NCBI GenBank assembly: GCA_031409655.1
Contig: JANNXQ010000299.1
Span: 1-49,766, forward strand
Direction: 5' to 3'
Length of the DNA stretch: 49,766 nt
DNA from: Chthoniobacteraceae bacterium
GTDB taxonomy: Bacteria; Verrucomicrobiota; Verrucomicrobiia; Chthoniobacterales; Chthoniobacteraceae
The position numbers were made by a program, and so were the translations under genes. Positions 32,536 through 42,700 of the stretch are shown piece after piece. Within the stretch, counting starts at the first letter, position 1, and each line of letters opens with the position of its first letter. The notes under the pieces are model-generated. The model was not told the origin of the DNA. It did no database searches and worked only from the letters and a program-made list of their open reading frames with translations.

Positions 32536-32979
32536 CTACAGCCCCTGAGGTCGCAGCACCCTCCCCCGCCACCGCGGCACGCTGCTCAGGTCCAGCCGTT
32601 CGCCTTTGAACTCGATCTGCTTCACCGGCTTCGTCCCGTTCGCGCTTTCGCGTTTGAGGACGCTCGTGATTTCCATCCAGCGCACCTCGGCGAATTCCAG
32701 CTTGTCCTTGCCGATGGACCGCTCGTCGTCTTCCGAGAAAGTGCCGATCACCAGCATCACCGCATGCGGCTGCTGGAGCCACTATTCCACCCAGCGTTGC
32801 TTCTTGATCGTGAAAATCTCCGCGCCATCGGTCTTGCGCTTCGTGAGGTGGGAATTGCCCGACTTCAGTTGCAGGTAGAGCCGGCGCTCGGTGCCTTCGC
32901 CGTCGTCGTTGGTGAATTCCAGCTCCATATCCAGCCCCTCGTCCTCCGTGTCCGGGGTCTCGAAGCACTTCTGGTCGGC
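32536..32979 (-). pseudogene. DUF4365 (PD-(D/E)xK nuclease-like) C-terminal domain remnant with an in-frame TAG
   Basis: DEGLDMELEF..RRLYLQLKSGNSHL..FTIKKQRWVE*WLQQPHAVMLVIGT..VRWMEITSVLKRES..VKQIEFKGERLD, all in one frame. TAG at 32782-32784. No start codon. Confidence 0.75.
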
Positions 32980-33078
32980 GCGGGCCAAAGGCCCTCCACA
33001 AGCCAGCCCAGGGCTAGCGAGGAACGAGCGCCGCCCTGGGACCGGAAGCAAATAGGATGCAAAGACCCAACGGGGCAC
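32979..33078 (+). repeat. Structured repeat unit 1 flanking the Y1 transposase
   Basis: GGGCCAAAGGCCC..AAGCCAGCCCAGGG..CCCTGGG..CCCAACGGGGCAC. 33007-33040 is 33/34 identical to the reverse complement of 33726-33759. Confidence 0.8.
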
Positions 33079-33092
33079 AACAATCCTCCGTC

Positions 33093-33548
33093 GTGCCGCA
33101 ATCCCTCGCCCGCGTTGTCATCCATGTCGTCTTCAGAACGAAAACTCGCATGCCATTTTTCAAGGATCCCGACCTCCGCGCACGGCTCCACGCCTACATG
33201 GCAGGTATCCTGCAAAGCATCGGCTTCGAACCGATCCTCATCGGCGGCGTGGAAGACCACATTCACATCCTGTGCAACCTCTCCCGCACCGTCACCATCG
33301 CCGGTTTGGTGGAAAAGGTAAAACACAGCCCCTCCAAGTGGATGAAGGATCAGGGCCCGGTCTACGCGGATTTTTTCTGGCAAGGCGGATACGGCTCGTT
33401 CTCCGTGAGCCAATCGAACGTCGGGCAAGTGCGCCAGTATATCGCGACTCAGGAAGAGCATCATCGCAAGGTGTCCTTTTAGGATGAATTCCGCGCGCTG
33501 TGCCGCAAGCACGGGCTGGAGATTGATGAACGGTATGTGTGGGATTGA
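33093..33548 (+). pseudogene. IS200/IS605-family TnpA (Y1 HUH, RAYT-like) with a premature amber stop
   Basis: PQSLARVVIHVVFRTK, GGVEDHIHIL (HUH), WQGGYGSFSVS, VRQYIATQEEHH. Then SF-TAG(33480-33482)-DEFRALCRKHGLEIDERYVWD*, where SFQDE is expected. Confidence 0.88.
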
Positions 33549-33565
33549 ACCGCCGTCGTCGGCAG

Positions 33566-33785
33566 CGCGGGCCGAAGGCCCGACAGCAAGCCAGCCCAGG
33601 GCAAGGCCGCGTCTTACGCGGACGCCCCCTGGGATCCCGTGCGAAGAACGAACAACGCCCCAACGGGGCACGGCAACCCGTCCTTGCGAAGCCCCGTTGG
33701 GACATTGGTCATTCTGGTTTCCAGACCCAGGGCGGCGCTCGTTCCTCGCTTGCCCTGGGCGGGCTTGCGGCAGGCCGTTGGCCTG
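33566..33785. repeat. Structured repeat units 2 (direct) and 3 (inverted) downstream of the Y1 transposase
   Basis: CGCGGGCCGAAGGCCC..AAGCCAGCCCAGGGCAA..CCCTGGG..GCCCCAACGGGGCAC, then the inverted GCCCCGTTGGG..CCCAGGG..CCCTGGGCGGGCTT..AGGCCGTTGGCCT. Confidence 0.8.
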
Positions 33786-33789
33786 AAAT

Positions 33790-34011
33790 TCAGTCGTGAT
33801 CGCCCGCGAGCGTCACGAAGTCCGCGGCGTCGCGCCAGAGTTCCTTGAGGGTGAATGACTGGCAGTCCGCCAGCTTCACCACCAGCGTCGCATAGATGTC
33901 GTCGAGAAAGCCCTTCTCCGCGTAGCTCATGAAGACCGACGGATGCTCCAGCACCGCCGGGCGGTCGCGTCCGCAATGGCTCGGGAAGACGAGCTCTCCG
34001 GTCGTCTTGGT
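33790..34011 (-). pseudogene. COR-domain-like fragment of a Roc-COR/DUF4365-type protein
   Basis: Manual translation: ELVFPSHCGRDRPAVLEHPSVFMSYAEKGFLDDIYATLVVKLADCQSFTLKELWRDAADFVT. Absent from the ORF track. Confidence 0.55.
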
Positions 34012-34074
34012 GGGGGAGAGATGGTGTTGTTCCTCACCTGCCGGGAAGCCAGCGGTCGCACCCGTTGGCCGGTA

Positions 34075-34230
34075 TCACTTCGTCTTACCTGCGCCTGCTC
34101 TGGATCCATCGGGGAAAATGATCCGAGTCTCCGGCAGAGCGACTTTGAGCGCCGGCCAGCTTTCTTTCAGCAGAGCTTCGCAATCGATGAGGTCGAGGCT
34201 CTGGAGTCCGGTGAGATCTTTGAGGACTGG
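34075..34230 (-). pseudogene. C-terminal fragment of a leucine-rich-repeat protein
   Basis: Manual translation: PVLKDLTGLQSLDLIDCEALLKESWPALKVALPETRIIFPDG (LxxLxL repeat plus capping motif). Confidence 0.55.
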
Positions 34231-34275
34231 CGCGCCCCGCAGGCACGATAACTCCGAGCCGATGATGACTCGAAG

Positions 34276-36990
34276 CTACGCGCTCAGGAGCTGGCGCAAG
34301 ACGTAAGGCAGGATGCCGCCGTGGCGGACGTAATCGACTTCGATGGCGGTGTCGATGCGGCTGCGCAGGGCGACTTTTTCCTCGGTGCCATCCGCGCGGT
34401 GGATGACGAGGGTCACGTCGCTCATCGGCTTGATGTCGTCGCTCAGGCCGAGGAGGTCGAAGGTCTCGGTGCCATCGAGCTGGAGCGTCTGCGCGGTCAT
34501 GCCTTCGGGGAATTGCAGCGGTAGGACACCCATGCCGCACAAGTTACTCCGATGGATGCGCTCGAAGCTCTGGGCGACCACGGCTTTCACACCGAGGAGG
34601 CGCGTGCCTTTGGCGGCCCAGTCGCGCGAGCTGCCGGTGCCGTATTCCTGGCCGGCGAAGATCATCAGCGGGACGCCGGCCGCCTGATACTTCATCGAGG
34701 CGTCGTAGATCGGGACGGTCTCACCGTAGCACTTAGTCACGCCGCCTTCGGTGCCGGGGACCATGAGGTTCTTGATCCGCACATTGGCGAAGGTGCCGCG
34801 GGTCATGATGCGATCGTTGCCGCGGCGGCTGCCGTAGCTGTTGAAGTCTTCGAGAGCGACGCCGTTTTCGCTGAGGAAAGCGCCCGCGGGGCTGGTCTTC
34901 TTGATCGCGCCGGCGGGCGAGATGTGATCGGTGGTGACCGAGTCGCCGAAGATGCCGAGCGGGCGCGCGCCTTTGATCTCGGTGATGTGGCCGGGCTCCA
35001 TGCCGAAGCCATCGAAGAAGGGCGGCTCCTGGATATAGGTGCTCGCTTCGTCCCACGCATAGACTTCGCCGACGGTGCCCGGGATTTCGTTCCACTTCGG
35101 ATTCTGCGTCGCGAAGTCGGTGTAGAGTTTGCGGAAGACTTCGGGCTTGAGCGCGCTGGACATGGCGTCGCGCACTTCGGCGAGCGAGGGCCAGATGTCT
35201 TTGAGGTAAACGTCGGCGCCGTCCTTGCCTTTGCCGATCGGGTCTTTGCTCAGGTCGATATCGACGGTGCCGGCGAGGGCGAAGGCGACGACGAGCGGCG
35301 GCGACATGAGGAAGTTCGCCTTGATGTTCTGATGCACGCGCGCCTCGAAGTTGCGGTTGCCGGAGAGCACGCTCGCGGCGACGAGGTCGCCCTTGGCGAT
35401 GGCTTCCTCGAGTGCGGGATGCAGCGGGCCACTATTGCCGATGCACGTGGTGCAGCCGTAGCCGACGGTCTGGAAGCCGAGCTGATCGAGGTAAGTCTGG
35501 AGGCCGGTCTTGGTGAGGTAATCGGTGACAACGCGCGAGCCTGGCCCGAGCGAGGTCTTCACCGCGGGGTTCACCTTCAGGCCGAGCTCGACGGCCTTCT
35601 TCGCGAGCAGGCCGCTGGCAAGCATCACGCTTGGGTTGCTGGTATTCGTGCAACTGGTGATCGCAGCGATGAGCACGCTGCCGTGGCCGACGGTGGCGTC
35701 GCCTTGTTGCGTAGGATTCTTCGATTCGCCGTTGAGATGCACGGCCACGTTTTTGGAAGTGAGTTCCGCGGCAGGTTTGCCGTAGCCGCCTTCGGGCAGA
35801 GCTTTCGAGAAGAGCGTGCGGAAGGTGCTGCCGAGTTCGGGCAGATTGATGCGATCCTGCGGGCGCTTCGGTCCGGCGACGGCCGGGACGACGGTGGAGA
35901 TGTCGAGTTCGAGCTCCACGCTGTAGTCGATCTGGCCGCGCTGCGGGATGCCCCAGAGACCCTGCGCCTTGTAGTAGTTTTCGTTTGCGACGCAGAGCGC
36001 TTCGCTGCGGCCGGTGCCGCGAAGATAGGTGATCGTCTCTTCGTCGATGCCGAAGAAGCCCATCGTCGCGCCATACTCGGGCGCCATGTTCGCGATGGTC
36101 GCGCGATCCACCACGGGCAGCGACTTCGCACCGGGGCCGTAGAACTCGACGAACTTCCCGACGACCTTCGCCTTGCGCAGCATCTCAGTCACTTTCAACA
36201 CGAGGTCCGTCGCGGTGACCCCTTCGCTGAGCGCACCGGTGAGATAGACGCCGACCACTTCCGGCGTGAGGAAATACACGGGCTGCCCGAGCATACCGGC
36301 TTCCGCTTCGATGCCGCCGACGCCCCAGCCAACGACGCCTAGGCCGTTGATCATCGTCGTGTGCGAGTCCGTGCCGACGAGAGTGTCGGGGTAATAGACG
36401 CCGTCTTTTTCGAGCACGCCCTTGGCGAGATATTCGAGATTCACCTGATGCACGATGCCGATGCCGGGCGGTACGACGCCGAAGGTTTTGAACGCCTGCT
36501 GCCCCCACTTGAGCAGCATGTAGCGCTCGCGGTTGCGTTTGAATTCGAGATCGAGATTGAGCTGGAGCGCCTGCGCGCTGCCGAAGAAATCCACCTGCAC
36601 CGAGTGATCCACCACGAGGTCCACCGGCACGAGAGGCTCGATCATTTTTGGATCGCGCCCGAGCCGCGAAACCGTCGAGCGCATCGCCGCGAGATCGACG
36701 AGCAGCGGCACGCCGGTGAAATCCTGCAAGACCACGCGCGCGACGACGAAGGGGATCTCGACTTGCGCCGGAGCCTTCGCGTTCCAGTTCGCGAGCGCCC
36801 GCACGTCCTCCTCGCGCACGCGCTTGCCGTCGCAATTGCGGAGCACCGACTCGAGGACGATGCGGATGGAGATGGGCAGGCGCGAGATCGGCCCGATTCC
36901 CTGTTTTTCCAAGGCTGGCAGTGAGAAGAGCCAGCCCTGTATGTTATTCCCTAGGTCAAACGTCTGCAGCGTCTGGAATGCGTCGTTCAT
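34276..36990 (-). CDS. acnA: Aconitate hydratase A (904 aa)
   Basis: [57 protein letters not shown]. Confidence 0.98.
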   Translation of the reverse strand: MNDAFQTLQTFDLGNNIQGWLFSLPALEKQGIGPISRLPISIRIVLESVLRNCDGKRVREEDVRALANWNAKAPAQVEIPFVVARVVLQDFTGVPLLVDLAAMRSTVSRLGRDPKMIEPLVPVDLVVDHSVQVDFFGSAQALQLNLDLEFKRNRERYMLLKWGQQAFKTFGVVPPGIGIVHQVNLEYLAKGVLEKDGVYYPDTLVGTDSHTTMINGLGVVGWGVGGIEAEAGMLGQPVYFLTPEVVGVYLTGALSEGVTATDLVLKVTEMLRKAKVVGKFVEFYGPGAKSLPVVDRATIANMAPEYGATMGFFGIDEETITYLRGTGRSEALCVANENYYKAQGLWGIPQRGQIDYSVELELDISTVVPAVAGPKRPQDRINLPELGSTFRTLFSKALPEGGYGKPAAELTSKNVAVHLNGESKNPTQQGDATVGHGSVLIAAITSCTNTSNPSVMLASGLLAKKAVELGLKVNPAVKTSLGPGSRVVTDYLTKTGLQTYLDQLGFQTVGYGCTTCIGNSGPLHPALEEAIAKGDLVAASVLSGNRNFEARVHQNIKANFLMSPPLVVAFALAGTVDIDLSKDPIGKGKDGADVYLKDIWPSLAEVRDAMSSALKPEVFRKLYTDFATQNPKWNEIPGTVGEVYAWDEASTYIQEPPFFDGFGMEPGHITEIKGARPLGIFGDSVTTDHISPAGAIKKTSPAGAFLSENGVALEDFNSYGSRRGNDRIMTRGTFANVRIKNLMVPGTEGGVTKCYGETVPIYDASMKYQAAGVPLMIFAGQEYGTGSSRDWAAKGTRLLGVKAVVAQSFERIHRSNLCGMGVLPLQFPEGMTAQTLQLDGTETFDLLGLSDDIKPMSDVTLVIHRADGTEEKVALRSRIDTAIEVDYVRHGGILPYVLRQLLSA

Positions 36991-37073
36991 GATGGACGAA
37001 GAAGAAAGCCGACCCGCGCCGCCGCGACAAGCGTGGCGTGGGGATGGAGCGAGAATTCCCGAAATGGAGGAGA

Positions 37074-39740
37074 TCAACCCAGCGCGTCGAGCATCCGCTG
37101 AAGCTGGGCAAACTTTTCTGCCCAAGCGGTTTCACGTCCGCGATGCTCGTCGAGCACGACGGCTGGCACCTTCTCAGCGAAGCTCGGATTTGAGAGCTTG
37201 GCGCGCACTTTTCCGAGTTCGTCGGCCACTTTGGCCATCTCCTTTTCGAGGCGCTGGCGCTCGGCGGTGGCGTCGATGAGGCCTTCCAGCGGGAGGAGGA
37301 GTTCGCCAAGTGGGGTGATCGCGGCGGGCGTTCCTTTCGGCGCGGGCCAGGCGGCGTCCACGATGTCGAGCGTCTCGGCATTGAGCAGAAGTTTCAGCAC
37401 ATCGACCTCAAAACCAGGCAGGGGATCGGTGGCGCGGAGGACAAAACGCACGCGCTTGCTGCTGGCGATATTGAAGTCGCGCCGCAGGCCGCGACCGTGA
37501 TCGACCACTTCGTATTTCGCGTTTGCGAAACGCTCGTCGCTTTCGGCCAGCCCGTAATGCGCCTTGAAATCCGCATCGAGCGGCGCGGGCCAGCGAGCGA
37601 CCATGATCGTTTGCCCGCCTTGATCCGCGGGCAGGTCGTCATTGAATCCGAGCCCATGCCACAGCTCTTCCGTGATGAAGGGCAGGAAGGGATGCATGAG
37701 TCGCAGAGTGTGCCCGAGCACGAAGTCCACGACGGCGGTGGTGTTCGCCTTGCGCGCTGGGTCGGTGCCGTTGAGGACGGCTTTCGAGGCTTCCAGATAC
37801 CAGTCGCAGTACTCGCTCCAGAAGAAGCGGTAGATGCCCTGCGCGGCGTCGCTGAAGCGGTACTCGTCGAGCGCGGACGAGACTTCGCGGATCGCGGCGT
37901 CGAGGCGGAGGAGGATCCACTTGTCGTCGCTCGTGAGCAGCGCGGGATTGATTTCGCCTTCCGTTTCGCCGCCCTGCATCTGCCGGAAACGCGCGGCGTT
38001 CCAGAGCTTCGTGCAGAAGTTGCGGCCGAGTTCGACGTTCTTTTCGTCGTAGGCCACGTCGGCACCGAGCGGGGCGCTGCGCATCACGCCGAAGCGCAAC
38101 GCGTCCGCGCCGAACTTCGCGATGAGGTCGAGTGGGTCGGGGGAATTGCCGAGGGACTTCGACATCTTGCGGCCCTGCTTGTCGCGGATGATGCCGGTGA
38201 AATAGACGTTCCGAAACGGCATCTCACCCATCCACTCAAAGCCCGCCATGATCATGCGCGCGACCCAGAAGAAGATGATGTCCGGTCCAGTGACGAGGTC
38301 GGTGGTCGGGTAGAATTTTGCGAGCGTATCCGTCTTCTCCGGCCAGCCCATCGTGGCGAAAGGCCAGAGCCAGGAACTGAACCAGGTGTCGAGCACGTCG
38401 GGGTCTTGCTCCCAGCCTTCGCCCGCGGGTGCGTCGAGTCCGCAATAAACTTCTTCGCCGCGATACCACACCGGCACGCGATGGCCCCACCAGAGCTGGC
38501 GTGAGATGCACCAATCCTGAATGCCGCTGAGCCAGTGCTCGTACACTTTCGCCCAGCGGTCTGGGTAAAACTTCAGCGCTCCGTCTGCCACCACCGCGCG
38601 TGATTGCTCCACGCTCGGATATTTCAAAAACCACTGCTCGCTGAGGCGTGGCTCGATCGGTACTTGGGCGCGCTCGCTGTAGCCGACGTTGTTTTGATGC
38701 GGCTCTTCTTTTTCGAGCACGCCGGATTGGCGCAGGCATTCGATGGCAACCTTGCGCGCCTCAAAGCGGTCGAGCCCATTGAGCGCGTCGCCAGCGAGCG
38801 CGTTCATCGTGCCGTCGGGAAGCATGATGTCGATGATCGGCAGGCGGTGCCGCAGTCCGATCTCGTAGTCCGCCTTGTCGTGCGCGGGTGTGACTTTGAG
38901 CACGCCAGTGCCGAAGGCGAAGTCCACATGATCGTCGCCCACGATCGGGATGCGCGCCTGATTTTCCAGCGGCAGCGGACGACGGATGTGCTTCCCGATG
39001 AGGTGCGCGTAGCGCGGGTCCTTCGGATTCACGGCGATGGCTGAGTCGCCGGGGATCGTCTCCGGGCGCGTCGTGGCGATGGTCAGCCAGGTGCCCGGCT
39101 CCTCGGCGACTTCCACTTTGAAATAATAGAGCGCGCCATTCTGCGGCTTCATCTCCACTTCCTCGTCGCTCAGCGCGGTGAGCGATGCGGGGCACCAGTT
39201 CACCATGCGTTTGCCGCGATAGATGAGCCCCTTTTTGTAGAGATCGACAAAGACCCGCGCGACGCAGCGGGAGTACTCCGGGTCCATGGTGAAGCGCTCG
39301 CGCGACCAGTCGCACGACGCGCCGAGCTTCTTGAGCTGCTGGATGATGATGCCGCCGTATTTCTCCTTCCAGTCCCAGATCTTCGCCACCAGCGCCTCCC
39401 GCCCGAGATCGTCGCGGTGCTTCATCTCGCCGGATTTGCGGAGCGCCTTCTCGACGACGTTCTGCGTGGCGATGCCGGCGTGATCAGTCCCCGGCAGCCA
39501 GAGCACTTCCTTCCCGAGCATCCGCGCGCGCCGGGCGAGGATGTCCTGGATGGTGTTGTTCAGCACATGCCCGAGCGTCAGGACGCCGGTGACATTCGGC
39601 GGTGGGATGACGATGGAATACGCGGGCCGCCGCTCGCTCACCCGCGCCGGATCGGCGGTGAAGCAGCCTGCCTCCCGCCAAAAGGCATACCACTTTTCCT
39701 CAACGGCAGTCGGTTCGTAAGTCTTCGCGATTTCGGACAT
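37074..39740 (-). CDS. valS: Valyl-tRNA synthetase (888 aa)
   Basis: [48 protein letters not shown]-terminal coiled coil. Confidence 0.98.
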   Translation of the reverse strand: MSEIAKTYEPTAVEEKWYAFWREAGCFTADPARVSERRPAYSIVIPPPNVTGVLTLGHVLNNTIQDILARRARMLGKEVLWLPGTDHAGIATQNVVEKALRKSGEMKHRDDLGREALVAKIWDWKEKYGGIIIQQLKKLGASCDWSRERFTMDPEYSRCVARVFVDLYKKGLIYRGKRMVNWCPASLTALSDEEVEMKPQNGALYYFKVEVAEEPGTWLTIATTRPETIPGDSAIAVNPKDPRYAHLIGKHIRRPLPLENQARIPIVGDDHVDFAFGTGVLKVTPAHDKADYEIGLRHRLPIIDIMLPDGTMNALAGDALNGLDRFEARKVAIECLRQSGVLEKEEPHQNNVGYSERAQVPIEPRLSEQWFLKYPSVEQSRAVVADGALKFYPDRWAKVYEHWLSGIQDWCISRQLWWGHRVPVWYRGEEVYCGLDAPAGEGWEQDPDVLDTWFSSWLWPFATMGWPEKTDTLAKFYPTTDLVTGPDIIFFWVARMIMAGFEWMGEMPFRNVYFTGIIRDKQGRKMSKSLGNSPDPLDLIAKFGADALRFGVMRSAPLGADVAYDEKNVELGRNFCTKLWNAARFRQMQGGETEGEINPALLTSDDKWILLRLDAAIREVSSALDEYRFSDAAQGIYRFFWSEYCDWYLEASKAVLNGTDPARKANTTAVVDFVLGHTLRLMHPFLPFITEELWHGLGFNDDLPADQGGQTIMVARWPAPLDADFKAHYGLAESDERFANAKYEVVDHGRGLRRDFNIASSKRVRFVLRATDPLPGFEVDVLKLLLNAETLDIVDAAWPAPKGTPAAITPLGELLLPLEGLIDATAERQRLEKEMAKVADELGKVRAKLSNPSFAEKVPAVVLDEHRGRETAWAEKFAQLQRMLDALG

Positions 39741-39798
39741 GGGGCGCGGAATGTGCCGCGCCGGGCAGGGCTTGGCAAATCCGCAGTGGCCGCCCGGC

Positions 39799-42700
39799 TT
39801 ATGGCGCTGACACCCGCACCCGGACGTGGCGGAAGGAGTTTCCGGGTGCGAGGAGCGAGGGTTTGATCCGCAGGGCGATCGTCTCAGTGAGGCCGTCGCC
39901 GGTCGGAGTCGGGGAGGCGGCTTGCTCGAAATCCGCCGCGAGTGCGGGGATCCAGGTTTGCAGGTTGGTCGAGAATTCCACGCTGTAAACAAGCGCGCCG
40001 GGAACGAGAAGGCGGCGATAGCGCAGGATGAGATAGGGCAGGCCGTCGGCGGGTTTCGGTTCGACGGAGACGAGCGGGAGGCCATCGAACTGTGGGGTGC
40101 TGGGATCGAGTCCGGAGGCGAGTTCGAGCAGATTGGCGATGCCGTCTCGATCGAGGTCACCCAGGGCACCGTGGTCGCCGGTGTCGCTGAAGATGTTGAG
40201 ACCGTGGTTCGCTTCCCAGTCGTCCGGCAGGCCGTCGTGGTCAATATCAGTACCCGGCAGAGCGTAATAGATAAAGGTCCCGCCGGAGGAAGTGTTGGCG
40301 GGATCGGCACCGTCGGCCGCGGTGATGGTGAAAGCATTAAAGCCAGGAGCGAGGGGGGTGCTGAAATTCCAGTGCGCAAAGCCGTCGTTCGTTGAGACCA
40401 GGTTGCCATCGACAAACACCGCGGCCACGCCAGCCGGGTCGGTGGCGGTACCGGAAAAGCCATTTGGCGTTGTGACGACGCTCTTGATCGTTACCGAAGG
40501 CCCTTGGGCGTCTTGCGTGGAGGATTCGACATTACTCCAGATGCCAAGCACGTCGGCAAGAGCGCGGTAGTTGATCGTCCAATCCAGGAGCCGCGGCGTG
40601 CTCGCGGGATTGGTGGTGGAAAGCGTGGCGCGGAGTTTGATGGCTGGCTGTTCGGCGACGGCCGCGAGTGAGTTTAAGTCCGTGCCGCTGGTCACCTGGC
40701 TGGCGAGCAGGGTGCCATTTGCCGAGAGCACGTCCACTTTTAAGGCGGAACCGAGAGCAGTGGTGTCTGCGGTGTAGGTGAGGGTATTCCAGCGCTGCCA
40801 AGGCGTTGGGGCAAAGGTCGGCGTGGTCACGGTGCCGCTCGGCGCGTAACCGGTGGTGGCGAGACGCAGATTGTCAAAGTACACCCACTGGGCGTTAAAG
40901 CTGCCAGTGACGATAACCTCTTCCCGCAATTCGAGGGTGTGGACGCCGGTGTAACCGGAGACATCGACCGTGCGATCCAGAAAAGCGCGCTCCGCGGTGG
41001 CGCTCCACACGGTGACGCCGTCGATGCGGACTTCGGCGCGCACATTGCCACCCCAGGTCAGGCCAGGAGGCGCGTCCAGTAGCGCATCAAAGATCAGCAC
41101 CCCGGCACCCGTCAAATTGACACTCTGGGTAAGGCGCGCAAAGTCACCGGCCGTGCGCACGGTGTTGTGGAAGGTATTGAAGCCGGCATAATGAGTCCCC
41201 TGCGACGGCATCGGCGCAAAGCCCGCCGTATTCGTCGATCGCACCGCCATTTGTGCCGTGGAGGTAGTCACGGTCCATCCCGAGAGGGATGCGCCTTCAA
41301 AACTCGGATTAGTGATGCGGCCACTGATCGGAGCGCCACCGGTGGCAGAAAGAATCGCGGTGCCATCGACCGTGGCCGTCACGCCGCTGGTCGTGTCGGC
41401 GTCGAAGTCGGCCTGCGTTGTTTGGGTCCAGGCTCCATTGGGATTTGCGGGAGTTTGCACGGCGCGGACGCGGTAGCGGTAGAGAGTTCCGTCCGTCAAA
41501 CCGCCAAAACTCAGGCCCGGCCCCGGCACTGGGCCACTGTTAGTCGCGCCTGAGAAGTCGGGTGCTGTGGAGCGCTGCACTTCATAACCGGTCGCATTGG
41601 CGATCGCACTCCAGGTCACGGTGTTACTAAGACCGCCCGTGAAGGCTGGCTCCGCAGCCAGCAACGGCGCGGGCAGCACGACTGCGAGCCTGATCAGGCG
41701 CGTGGTGTTGCCCGCTCCGTCATCCGTATTGGTAAAAGTAATGGTATCGAAGAGCGTGCCAAGAGGCAGGCTATTGGCGTTGTCATTGATCGATGCCTCC
41801 ACCGTGGTGCTCGCGCCGGGTTCCACGATCCCGCTGGTTGCGGAGAGCGTCAGCCAAGGCGCGGATTTTGCCGCCGTCCAGGACAGCGGTCCGGTGCCTG
41901 GGTTGGTGATCGTATAAGTCGCGTTCGCCGGTCCGAATGGTCCGCCGATCCCCCCGGTGAAGTCGAAAGCTCCGACGGGTGTGACGCTGAGGACTGGGTG
42001 GGCAAGGACCGAGAGGGCGACAGCACGCGTGGTGGTGCCGACACCGTTGGAGGTGTTGGTAAAGGTGAGGATGTCACTCGCGGTGCCCACGGGCAGGCTG
42101 TTCGCGTTTGCGTTGATGGTCACGGTGACGGTGGCGCTTGATCCGGCGGCGACCATGCCGCCAGTGGTCGAGAGGTTGAGCCACGGAGCCGTCTTGGTGA
42201 CCGTCCAATTCATGGGGCTGGCACCAGAATTGGAGACGGTGAAGGTTGTGCTCAGGGGGGTGAAGAGGCCGCCGGAATTGCCGCTGGCGGAGAATCCGGC
42301 AGCGGGCGTGAGGTTTAAGGTCGGGGAGGACAAGACCGCAAAGGTGACGCTGTCGCCGCTGCGACCCGCGCCATCGTCCGCCCGCAGCCTCATTTGCGCG
42401 GTGCCCTGCAGCACGGTGACGGGACCGGCCCAAGTCCCATTCTGGAAGGCGAGTGTGACCCGAGGCGAGATCGCGATGGGAACTGCGACTCCAGCGAAGG
42501 GTAAGGTCAAACCGGCGTTGAGTGTCCCTAAGGCGGGCACAGCGGTGGTCCAGTTCGTTGCGGAGTTCGTGTCCGAGTTGCCGGTCCGGACATAGCTGAA
42601 AGTGGGTGTTGTCGGTGCCGTGACCGATCCGCCAGTCCATTGGGTGGCGGGAATAACCCCTGGGAGCGTAATGCTCGCGGGAGTGGCCGCGCCGGCGCAA

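Noticed and set aside
32782..33482. Two in-frame TAG codons (DUF4365 remnant and TnpA) as possible amber recoding
   Set aside because: TAG terminates intact genes in this window (e.g. at 2643, 4700 and 17922, and acnA). The two sites replace different expected residues (Tyr, Gln) in a decaying region, so they are ordinary nonsense mutations.
32979..33785. Repeat units as a CRISPR array
   Set aside because: Only three degenerate ~100-bp units in mixed orientation flanking a transposase. No regular repeat-spacer period and no cas genes.
39741..40463. 241-aa N-terminal extension on ValRS in the ORF track
   Set aside because: It overlaps the M36 gene's 3' end in another frame. ValRS homology begins at MSEIAKTY (39740).
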